From assembly GCA_951406725.2 (NCBI GenBank), contig OX597821.1, positions 95,604,001 through 95,668,000 of the forward strand: 64,000 nucleotides of DNA, read 5' to 3'. Position 1 is the first letter of the stretch, and every line of letters starts with the position of its first letter. The notes beneath the pieces were generated by a model. It did no database searches. It was not told where the DNA came from and saw only the letters and a program-made list of their open reading frames with translations. The position numbers and the translations under genes were made by a program. This document shows positions 53,065 through 64,000 of this stretch, one piece after another. The DNA is from Octopus vulgaris. Lineage: Eukaryota.

Positions 53065-54159
53065 GTAAGTAATTTTAACTGATATTAAACGTGAATAAAA
53101 GCAAAACAAAAAAAAAAATCTCTGCCAAAAGCAGAAAAGAAGAACAACAGAAGAAACCTCGCAATCGTTGTCTTCTGTATTCAATGTATTACCGTTGTCA
53201 ACTTTGTGTTCTATTTATCTTGAATCGTTTAATAGAGTACCAATTAAGTATTAGATTGGATTTCTTTCGTTTTATCGTTCTCTGCAGTTGTAGCTTTGTG
53301 TCTTTGTTAGAATTAATATTATAGATTTACGTGTTTAAAATGGCTAGAACAGTAGATAAAATTCTTTGGAGGTATTTTGTTGTTTTGGTGTAAAAATTCC
53401 ATTATCTTGCGTTTATATGTATATAAAATGTATTATATGTATACGACGTATAAGTAATATGAGTTAAATAAAAATATATGGCAATATATATGTATATATA
53501 TACTTGTTTTAGTCATTTGACTGCAGCCATGCTGGAGCACCGCCTTTAGTCGAAGACATCGACTCCAGGACTTATTCTTTGTAAACATAGTACTTATTCT
53601 ATCGGTCTCTTTTGCCAAACTGCTAAGTTTCGGGAACGTAAACATATCAGCATCAATTGTCAAGCGATGGCGGGGAGAAGGAGACACATACACGACAGGC
53701 TTCTTTCAGTTTCCGTCAACCAAATTCACTCACAAGTTTTTGGTCGGCTCGACACAAGTAGAAGACACTTGCTCAAGGTGTCACGCAGTGGTACTGAACC
53801 CGGAATCATGTGGTTGGGAAGCAAGCTTCTTACCACACAGCTACGCATCATTGCATGTATGTGTACATACACATAGCCACTTTTTCATGCTTACATGGAT
53901 CAGACGGAATTTGTTCAGACAGATTTTTCTATGACCAGATGCAATACATCTTTGTATACAGTTATGTATACCTCTAATATACACATGTCCTTATGTATAC
54001 TCGCACACACGTGTACAACGATGTATTGCATCTGGCCAGAGAAAATTCTGTCTCAACAAATTCCGTCTAACCCATGCAAACCTGGAAAAGTAGTCATGTG
54101 TCTGTGTGCACATATATGTTGATGTGTTTATAAATGTATGTGTGTATGTGTACATATGA

Positions 54160-55080
54160 CCATCACAGAGGAGTTTTAGATTTGTATATGCCAATGATCT
54201 TGTTCTCATTGCGGAATCTTTGGGTCGAATTAGAAAATTTCTAAGCCTTGAACTGTGAGATCTTAATGGTAAAGTTAATAAACACGAATGTCTTAATTTG
54301 TAGGAAAGAAGACATAACTCTTGTATCTTGAAGGAAATGGTCTTGCACAATATGCGATAAACTCTCTATGCTATACTGATAGTAAGGTATGGACGAACAA
54401 AAGGTGGAGTGAAATCACAAGCAGACCAGCAGAGAACAAACTTTGCATGTGATAGATGCTATGGAGCAGTATATTCTGTAAGCATACTAGAAATAGATAC
54501 TCTTAAATGCCTTGATGGCTCACTTGAAGTAGTCAATAGCTTTTGTTACCTAAGAGATATAATTAGGTGGTAGCTCTGGAAGTATTGCAGTCAGGGTAAG
54601 AATGGGTTGAGGAAAGTTCAGGGAGCTACTACTGTTTCTGGTAACAAAGGTTTTCTCCTTCAGAGCGAAGAGTAGATTGTATGATGCTTATGTTGGAACT
54701 GCAACGATGCTTGGTAATGGGACTTGAGAAGACTGGAAAGAAAATGAAGAAAGCATGCTCCATTGAATGTGCAGTGTAAGTGTGCATGAATGTTGCATAA
54801 ATGTGCTGAGAGAAAATCTGAGTGTAAGAGGAGTCAGAGTTATAGTGTGCAAGAAGGAAGACTGGACTGGTATGGATGTGTAATGGTTATTGATGAAAAG
54901 AGCTGTATGAAAAAGTGCCATACATATGTGAATGGAGCTTATACAAGAGGGAGACCCAGGGAGATATGGCACAAAATGTGCAGGCTGATTTGAAGACCTT
55001 GAAGTTCATGGAACAGGTGACAAGGTGTCAAGATGATGACTTGTGATATGTGGTTCTTGAGATGACCTGCCCACCTTGGT
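54160..55080 (+). mobile_element. Degraded RTE LINE 3' half in COPS5 intron 1
   Basis: YANDLVLIAES (YADD-like), SFCYL, RLDWYGCVM and TRGRPREIW motifs. Confidence 0.75.
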
Positions 55081-56739
55081 GAAACACAGTTCTAAAAGTG
55101 CTGTCATCATCATCATTGTTTAACGTCTGTTTTCCGCGCTAGCACGGTTCGACCGGGGTCTGGGAAGCCCGGGGCAGCACCAGGCTCCAGTCTGATCTGG
55201 CAGTGTTTCTACGGCTGGATGCCCTTCCTAACTCCAACCACTCCGCGAGTGTAGTGGGTGCTTTTTACGTGCCACCTGCACTGGTGCCAGGGGCGATCTG
55301 GCATCAGCCACGATCGGTTGGTGCTTTTAACGGGCCACCAGCACGGAAGCCAGCCAAGGCGGCACTAGCCCTTTGTCCAATTTTCTTTTCAAGATACTGC
55401 CACGACCTCTAGTTATTGATTCTTTGTTTTTAATACTGTCCTCCCCTCCCTTATTTTACATTGAACACCTACCTGAACCATCAGATTATCTTTCCTCCAC
55501 CACCACATGTCTCATCTCCCTATGCATTACACCTGCCTCTCTCTACTTCTCACACTCTTGCAACTTACCCAATCACGTCATCTCTCTCTTTTCCATCTTT
55601 CTCCTCTCTGCTATATCATCATTATTATTTTGCAGCTCTTCACCCACATGCATTATTGGTCATTCCTTATCTGCCACTCATTACGTCCATCCTTCAGCCC
55701 TGTCCAATCTCCATAGCTGTCTCCTCCTCTTCCCTGTCTCTTCTACTTATCCCTCAATACTTGTCCTTCATTCATTATATTTACTTCCTCACCCACTTCA
55801 TATCTCTCATTCTCCCATACACTATCAAATTCTACCTATCCACATTCCCTGTTCTACTATCTCCTTTCACTGCTACACACCTCATGTCTTGAGGGTTCAC
55901 CTAGACACCTCATCACCACTATTTTTATGTCTTCTCAATACCACCCCGATCACCACACCCTCTTTTGTAAAATGTGAGTTGCTATGTAGCTCTTCCACAG
56001 CAAGAGGAGCTATATAGCTGTTGTGCTTTGGCTCCTTCTCTCATAGCATGAAGTCACCTCTCTTGGGGTTTGTAGTTAGGCAAGCTGCATGATCTCACTA
56101 ATGCTGGTGCCACATAAGAATACACTGCAAAGCAGTTGTTGATAAAAAGAGCAAAAGTAGACATTAAATCCATTGGATCCTATATTAAACTGTCCAGCTC
56201 ATGCCTGCATCGAACATGGATGCTGTTAAATGGTGATGATATATGTATTTACTTATATATATTTATCATCATCATCATTTAACGTCCGCTTTCTATGCTG
56301 GCATGGGATGGATGGATGGTTTGACCGGAACTAAGTAAACTGGAGAGCTGCACCAGGTTCCAGTCTGATTTGGCAGGGTTTCTATATCTGGATGCCCTTT
56401 GTAATGCCAACCACTCTGAGAGTGTAATGGGTGCTTTTTATGTGCCACTGGCATGAGCTGCCATTTATATGATACTAGCAGCAGCTATGAGTCTGATTTT
56501 ATATGACACTGCCAATGGCCATGACTATGATTTCATTTGGCTTTACAAGTCTTCTCAAGCAAAGCATATCGCCAAAGGTCTCAGTCACTCATCATTGCCT
56601 CAGTGAGGTCCAACACTTGAAGATCATATAATATATATATTTATATGTGTGTGAGTATATATATATATATATATATATATACCACACACAAAATAGTCTG
56701 ATTCAAGTCGCATTTTGATCATAAAACACCTTCATGAAC

Positions 56740-57260
56740 TAGGAAACGTGTCTAAAGTTGGTCAGTGGGTCTCCTGCAACATCTGACTGCTTCTCAGAAA
56801 AGTGGGTTCCCTATGATCATATTCAACAAATCCAACATTGTTTAGCACTCAGTGAAAAGGAAGAATCCATCCTCCAACCAGGACTGCACTAGAAAGAAGT
56901 TATTCTCTGTTTAGTGAGGTATGAAGAGTGTTGTCTATCATGAAGTGTTAAACCAGAGCAATACAGTTGATGCAGACAAATATTGTTGATAGAAGCATTG
57001 CACAAAAATTTGTAGCAAAAGCATTCATCATTGGTCAATCATAAAGGGGTTGTTGTTCTTACATGATGATGCAGGACCCTATATTGCCAAGTCACTCAGG
57101 AAAAGATTGTGACATTGAATATAGAAGTTTTCCGTGTTTGCCTTCTTTTCCTCACCTAGCAACATCCAACTGTCATCTTTTCAGATGTTTTAAAACCCAA
57201 AGAATTTTTTTGCTTGTCAAATAAGTGGGTGAATGGACAAACTGTAAAGTAGTGCTGAGT
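56740..57260 (+). mobile_element. Mariner transposase remnant
   Basis: Decayed LHDDAGPY (LHDNARPH) and PSFPHLATSN (PYSPDLAPSD) motifs. Confidence 0.65.
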
Positions 57261-58257
57261 AGATTGTAACTTGACAAAAGCTGGAACCACAGTATAATAT
57301 ACACTCATTAAAAGCTGTAAAGTAGTTGGTGTTGAGAAGCATATCCTGTCACAGAACAAATATTTCTTGTTAATTCCATTGCTGAAAAGCCTCTTTTGAA
57401 TTCACATAGCTGTGTTTGATATGAGTCTAAACTCATTTTAAAAGGGTAAAAATTAATACAAATATAACCACTATCTGCAAAAAAATAAATAAATCAATAG
57501 ACTGCAAAAGTCAAAGCTCATTTTATTGTAAGTATTACAATGATATGCACATGGGCAATCCATCCAGAAGGGCAGTAACTATGAATATAAGCTGACTTGG
57601 GCTATGCTGAGCCATTCAACCTATGACAGCTTGGAAAGTAGAAAATATTGATGATGATGATGTTTATATGCACACATACACATATCATGTATATTGCTTG
57701 TTCCGTTTACATCGGTTCTTCTATGCTAGCATGAGTTAAACAGAGACTTATTGTAAGGTGGCAATTTGCAGCTGGATACCATTCCTGTCACCAACCCATA
57801 CCTGTTTTCCAAGTAAAGGATTATGTATTCTTTTCTACTCTAGGCACGAGGCTTGAAATGTTTGGGGAGGGGATAGTTGATTAGATCAACCCCAGTATGT
57901 AACTGGTGCTTAATTTATCGACTCCAAAAGGATGAAAGACAAAGTCAACCTTGGCGGAATTTGAACTCAGAACGTAAAGACAGATGAAAAGGATTATTCA
58001 ATTGGTCTCCATAGTTGCTGAGTGACAGTTTTATTGTCACCATTTCAATCATGTAATCTGCCTTAACTAGAAAAATCAGCCTTATATTAGAAGCTCTGCA
58101 GAAACCCTATTACCTATCCTCATTCACAAGACATGGAAACTCTGAGCAACAATAGAGTGAATCACAGTTATCTTATAAATTTGAAACATTAATATGTTTT
58201 GGAAGCTTTTTTGTTTGTACCCATATACATGTCTATGCATGTGTATATGTATATATA

Positions 58258-58652
58258 GGTGCAGGAGTGGCTGTGTGGTAAGTAGCTTGTTTACCAACCA
58301 TATGGTTCCGGGTTCAGTCCCACTGTGTGGCACCTTGGGCAAGTGTCTTCTACTATAGCCTCGGGCCGACCAAAGCCTTGTGAGTGGATTTGGTAGACGG
58401 AAACTGAAAGAAGCCCATCGTATATATGTATATATATATATGCATGTGTGTGTTTGTGTTTGTCCCCCTAGCATTGCTTGACAACTGATGCTGGTGTGTT
58501 TATGTCCCCGTTACTTAGCAGTTCGGCAAAAGAGACCGATAGAATAAGTACTGGGCTTACAAAGAATAAGTCCCGGAGTTGAGTTGCTCGATTAAAGGCG
58601 GTGCTCCAGCATGGCCGCAGTCAAATGACTGAAACAAGTAAAAGTAAAAGTA
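58258..58652 (+). mobile_element. Family B SINE, full length, ~90 bp before COPS5 exon 2
   Basis: Near-identical to 31573-31958. Confidence 0.9.
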
Positions 58653-58739
58653 AGTATATATGTAATTGTGAAGAAATGCATAACTGTTTTATGTATTTAC
58701 ATTGCTAAAATAGGGTTTCCTGTTTCTTTTTGTTTTCAG

Positions 58740-58974
58740 TCCGCATTACTTCAAGTATATAAAAATCTCAGCTCTAGCTCTCCTCAAAATGGTCATGCAC
58801 GCTCGATCAGGTGGAAACCTTGAAGTAATGGGTCTCTTGCTAGGTAAAGTTGATGGCAACACCATGTTAGTTATGGACAGTTTTGCTGCCCCTGTGGAAG
58901 GAACTGAGACCCGAGTAAATGCACAGGCTCAGGCATACGAGTACATGGCCGCCTATACTGAATCATCAAAACAA
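58740..58974 (+). CDS. COPS5: COPS5 exon 2 (MPN domain)
   Basis: Acceptor ttttcag; T+[78 protein letters not shown]; donor GTAAGT; phase compatible with exon 1. Confidence 0.97.
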
Positions 58975-60019
58975 GTAAGTCAAATTGTATTATTATTATT
59001 TCTGTCATTCCATCATAGTCCCACCGCTTGTTGTTCCTTTTAATGCTAGGGGCAACTGCTGCACTGAGGTGTACCTGTTGGGTTTAAGATATTTTGGCAC
59101 TGTTTCAATGCTGACTTATTTGATGTCAGACATTTTAATGTTTCTCTTGTTTTCTCTCTCTCTCTCTCTGTGCGAGCATATTTTTCTTTATGTCTATGAA
59201 GAGAGGGAAAGTGTTTATGCCAATTGTATTCAGTTAATAAATTCTTTCTCTCCCACTCTGTCTGAATATATATATATTATTTAACGTCCGTTCTCCATGC
59301 TAGCATGGGTTGGACAGTTCGACCGGGGATCTGGGAAGCCAGAAGGCTGCACCAGACTCCAGTCTTATCTGGCAATGTTTCTACAGCTGGATGCCCTTCC
59401 TAACGCCAACCACTCCATGAGTGTAGTGGGTGCTTTTTGCGTGCATGCATGTGTGTGTGTTTGCTGCCAGGGCCAAAAAAGTACTTTTGCTAAAATATGT
59501 TCTTACGTTCAGCCAGCTGTGCCAAGTAAGTTGCACCCAATCATCTTATTCCAGGGCAAGTGATGATAATGCTTGATGAGTGTTGGCAGTGGTGAGGTCA
59601 TATTTCAAGATGCATATTCTTTTCTACTCTAGGCACAAGGTCCGAAATTTTGGGTGGAGGGGACCAGTCAGTTAGATCGTTCCCAGTATGCAACTGGTAC
59701 TTAATTTATCGACCTTGAAAGGATGAAAGGCAAAGTTGACCTCGGTGGAGTTTGAACTCAGAAAGATAAACAAAATACCGTGAAGCATTTTGCCCGGCAT
59801 GCTAACGTTTCTGCTAGCTTGCTGCCTTTTTCAAGATGCATATTGAGCCCTTCGGATGAAATGACAAATGCCAAGTGACAATGTAGTACAGAGGAGATGT
59901 GTCAAACCCATTCCAGACTTTGGTATCTGGTATCAGAGTTAAGAGAAACTGCTACATGAACCATTTCAGTTGTTAATGAAAAATATTAGTGATTGGCACT
60001 GTTTCAGTTTTTGGTTTAA

Positions 60020-61095
60020 CCCTTTCGTTACCAAACCGCCCAAAGCTGCCCGAAAAAAATTTTGGTTAATGTCACCAAACCGCCCGAATTTACCTATTCA
60101 TATTTAAATGAGAATATCAGAGCAAATCTCTTTAGTACATTTGTGAAAACACGTATTATACTTCGTAAACAGTTCAACTACAGTTTTGTACAATAATCGA
60201 AGTGTAATTTTAATTCCGTGAATTTTGGGAGATTTGTTTCCGAAATTTGTTCCTATTGTGTTTTCAAAATTTGTAATTCTGACAAAAAATGGATACAAAT
60301 TTCATTATATCAAGCAGCGAGTCAGAATTCGAAGGATTTTCTACTGAAGACCTTCATAAATCTAACTCTATGACTGAAAAAAAAAAGCATGTGGTATTTG
60401 ATAATGAATCTGATGTTTCATTTTCCGAAAGTGAAAACAGTGAATCTGAGATCTCCGACAGCGATAAAGAAAATGAATTGGCACCTGAATGGAGTGAAAA
60501 TTTAAAAACTGTTTCTTTCGGTGATTTTTCTGAAGAAACTAGACCAAGCCACAGACTTTTCCAGAAGAGTAAAGCCTTAGACTATTTCTTTTTACTTTTT
60601 CGAATGAGCCCATTTGAAATCATTACGGCGGAAACGAACTGTTACGCTAAACGTAAACAAAGCGAAAGAAACGATAGTTTGTCGTTTCCCACAACCTTAA
60701 ATGAGATTAAGACTATTTTGCCATAAATATTATTATGGGTATCAGAAAGTTACCCAGAATAACAAATTCTATCGTAAAATTTTGTTGTATACCCAATTGA
60801 ATATTAGCTAATAACCCATTTTCTATAGCGATGTTTGAACAAAATTTTTATAATTTTATATTTTGTTGAATTTACCTGTATCTACCTGTAATTAGAGTCA
60901 CTTTGTGACAAAAATTATAGTGTAGAATTGGTTGAGAATATTTCATTAAATTATCTTCCAAAAATCAGATTAATATATCAATAAATAAAAAAGTTATAGT
61001 TGTTTAATGAAACCAGACTAAATTTATGATTACGTTAGAAATTAATTGAAACACATAAGGGGTGTATTTTGGTCAGAAATATAGTAACGAAAGGG
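60020..61095 (+). mobile_element. Internally deleted piggyBac element in COPS5 intron 2
   Basis: TTAA|CCCTTTCGTTAC ... GTAACGAAAGGG|TTAA perfect 12-bp TIRs; ORF 60289-60726 has an acidic Ser-rich N-terminus and ALDYFFLLF...ITAETNCYA...TTLNEIK, typical of piggyBac transposase N-termini. Confidence 0.92.
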
Positions 61096-61878
61096 TTAAG
61101 ACACTGTTTACTTCAATGTTAGAGATGATTTTGTCTTCAAAATTTTAACATTATTTTTCAAACTATTCGCCTCATCTATAGAAGATATATTTATGTTATT
61201 TATGTAGCCACACTACATTTTAGTTAGTTCGATTTCCAATTAACATCATGAGGTCTTAATAGTTATTGCCAAGCTAATATGGCAGTCCAGAAATATAGGA
61301 TGAATGCTGCTGTTGATTAGCTCCAAGAGGCCACCTTATCTTATAGATTGAGATTTTGAATATGATTCTCTTAAATACCTTGGCTTTAACGCTTCCAGGT
61401 TACCATAATGGATGCTAAAGCATGGTGTAACAACGATGATTCCAAAACATTTTCAATGTGCCACCCTCAGCATCTATGAAGACTTAAGTCTATCCATGTT
61501 ATGTACACTTTGCATTTACTTGAGTGTACTGTATTTTGCAGCTTATAAGTTGACATATATTGCAAACGTTCAAATATCATCACTATCTTACCAAATCCTG
61601 CTGCATTTCACGTGGAACTTTTGGTCACTTTTTTTTTTTTTTTTTTTTTTTTTTTTGGCTGCAGATTTTGGTCTGAAAAACTCGTCTTGTATGTTGGAAA
61701 ATATAGCAGCTGCAGACAGTTGCTGAATTTGTTCACTGAAAATTACACTGAAGCACAGAGATGAAACAAAATTCTAACCTCAATTCAGAAATTTGTTTCC
61801 CTTTTCCATTACAGTAAAGGTTTCTTAATAAATCTGTCAAATATGAACTGATTACCTTTCGAAATGTTTTCTATTTAG

Positions 61879-62022
<144 letters not shown>

Positions 62023-62072
62023 TAAATTCACTTTCTTTTTTGTTCTCGATGTTCTTTGATGCATGTTATGTA

Positions 62073-63250
62073 CAGGGTCTTGCAGATAAATTGAAACAGT
62101 TCTTACGATACATAAAACTGGTTATAAATATTAAAATAATAGTAGTAGACCGATATAATTTTAATGTAACATTTATTACAATGAAAACGTTTATTACTCA
62201 GTATGACCACCCTTTTGGGCAATTCCTGCCTCCATACGAGAATGAAATTTTGTTTGCAGCTGCCACAACCTCTGCCTTTTTGATTTTGTATGTCACATGC
62301 ATGATGCAAGTCTTCAGGCTGTTGACACTCAAGTGTGATGAGGCACTGGTCCATGCTTGAAGTATGCCCTATAAAAAGTAATCAAGAAGGTTGAGTTCTC
62401 GGCTATTATTGGGCCAGATGTTGGCCTTCACAAAAAGTGGAACCTTCTCACTGAGGACGGCCTGTGTTGCTTTTGACCCATGGCATGGTGCAGAATCCTG
62501 GATAAGCACCACATTGTCAAGCCCAAACTTCTGCTCCATCCAAGGTAACAGTGAGTTCTTCAGGGAGTTCTTCAGAATGTCCAGATACTCTTTTGTGCTA
62601 ATCTTTAAGCCAGACTCGATGAAGTGTGGATTCATGACACTTCCATCACAGAGGTAGAATTCTTAGTTTCAAACACAGTAGGGACGTCAGAAAAGTTGTA
62701 TGCAATCACTTGAGAATTTCTGCGATTCAAGAATTTCTAATTTGCCTCATCGTCCACAGTGAACTTCTCATTCACAAACATATGTTTTTCTTGCACCTTG
62801 ATGCTTGATGACTAACAGAAGCTTTGAGCATCTCTCGACTGATTGCTTTGGCCTTGGCTGTTAGGAAGTGACAGCATCGTCGAACATAGCTAGTTATGCC
62901 AGGGTTCCTGTTCACAGCTCTGGACACTGCGGAAAGTGACACGTGTTTCTTTGCAAGAGTTGTCGTAGATGTGAATGGGTCGGCTTCAACTGAGCATTTG
63001 AGGCCTGCGAGAAACTTAGGATTGCACTTGGAATCACTTGGAGTCTTGTGTGCCCATTGCATGCCAAAACAACAATGATGAAACGATTCAGTTGTTCCAT
63101 GACTTTTTGTTGTCGAATCAGTTTGCTATTTACCTGAAAAATAAAGAGGAGAATTAGATTTTCCAGCAAGCAAAGTTTTGTCAAAAAATGAAATGTTAAA
63201 CTCACTAAGTCAACTGCTTAAAATTGGTCACAATTTCTCTGCAAGACTCC
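62073..63250 (-). mobile_element. Tc1/mariner-superfamily element (maT/DD37D-like), degraded, in COPS5 intron 3
   Basis: TIRs TA|CAGGGTCTTGCAGATAAATTG / CAATTTCTCTGCAAGACTCCA|TA; IQDSAPCHGSKATQ...WPNNSRELNLLDYF. Confidence 0.85.
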
Positions 63251-63781
63251 ATAAAGTATGATAGTTTATAAATTTTACCCAAATGGATTGTATAAGCTTT
63301 TAACAGTGAAATTATAAAAAATTAATAAAGACAAAAGATATAAATTTACTTCACACGTTGCAAGTTAATGACTTCTCCCTGCCTTATGTGATCTAGCTAA
63401 ATTTTCTACATCAAGTCAAAAGACGTCATAAGTTTTCTCTTAGACTTACTGCAAATTTATTTCATTGCTTAGTCATAAATTGCAGCACCACTCTGAATCC
63501 TCTATATAATATAATTACTACTATAGGTAAAATTTAACATGTTATGTATATTGCCTCATTACCCCCTCCAATATGCCCCGTGTTTCCTTAAGGGTAGTAC
63601 CATCTATGTTGAAAACCTTTTTCTTCAAGCCTGCCTTTGGTTTCAACTACTACAACCGTCACCAATATACAGTGTGTTATCTGTTACTAAAATATCTACT
63701 AATGCTGATATCACAGTTATTCTGGTTATTGAAATAATAGATTTATTTAGTACTCATTCCACTGTATGATTTTTTTGTTAG

Positions 63782-63847
63782 GTTGATCCTGTCAGAACTA
63801 TATCAGCTGGCAAGGTGAATATGGGAGCTTTTCGTACCTACCCAAAG
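63782..63847 (+). CDS. COPS5: COPS5 exon 4 (gene continues beyond window)
   Basis: [22 protein letters not shown], 66 nt, acceptor ttgttag, donor GTAAGT. Confidence 0.95.
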
Positions 63848-64000
63848 GTAAGTTGCTTGACTTTATACAGAATTTCTACCGTGAAGTAAATAATGACTTC
63901 TTTCCTTGTTTTGTATGACATGATTTTGGTAACTATCTTGAAATATCTATTTTGTTTGATACACAACAAACCCTCAGTTAACAGGGAAAGGAATAACAAT

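Noticed and set aside
55373-56017. Longest ORF in the track (214 aa)
   Set aside because: CT-rich low-complexity sequence; a similar GA-rich tract at ~37270-37620 suggests a repeat; no domain recognised.
58975-59043. C-terminal part of track ORF 58789-59043
   Set aside because: Read-through into intron 2 past the GTAAGT donor at 58975.

Overview
AT-rich, microsatellite- and repeat-dense animal genomic DNA; the SINE/LINE families suggest an octopus (inferred). Two conserved genes sit head-to-head. On the minus strand is the first coding exon of a BIG1/BIG2-type Arf GEF (ARFGEF1/Sec71, 44003-43880); I found no exon 2 in the remaining ~44 kb. On the plus strand are four exons of COP9 signalosome subunit 5 (COPS5, 52931-63847, continuing past the window). 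The rest is mostly mobile DNA: three tRNA-derived SINE families, RTE, CR1/Jockey-like and Tx1-like LINE remnants, Penelope-like remnants, mariner, Tc1/maT, pogo/Tc2, piggyBac and hAT elements, and a Helitron fragment. Main leads: (1) four minimal hammerhead-ribozyme-like motifs in (TA)n-flanked Penelope-like inserts; (2) ARFGEF1-COPS5 adjacency mirroring human 8q13; (3) a candidate restorative A-to-I site at a split COPS5 codon; (4) several long inverted repeats; (5) two orphan CpG-retaining, promoter-like islands in the putative ARFGEF1 intron; (6) a duplicated exon-like pair encoding YEK(V/L) motifs. Most ORFs in the supplied track are microsatellite or SINE artefacts. I cannot demonstrate a new biological system from sequence alone.
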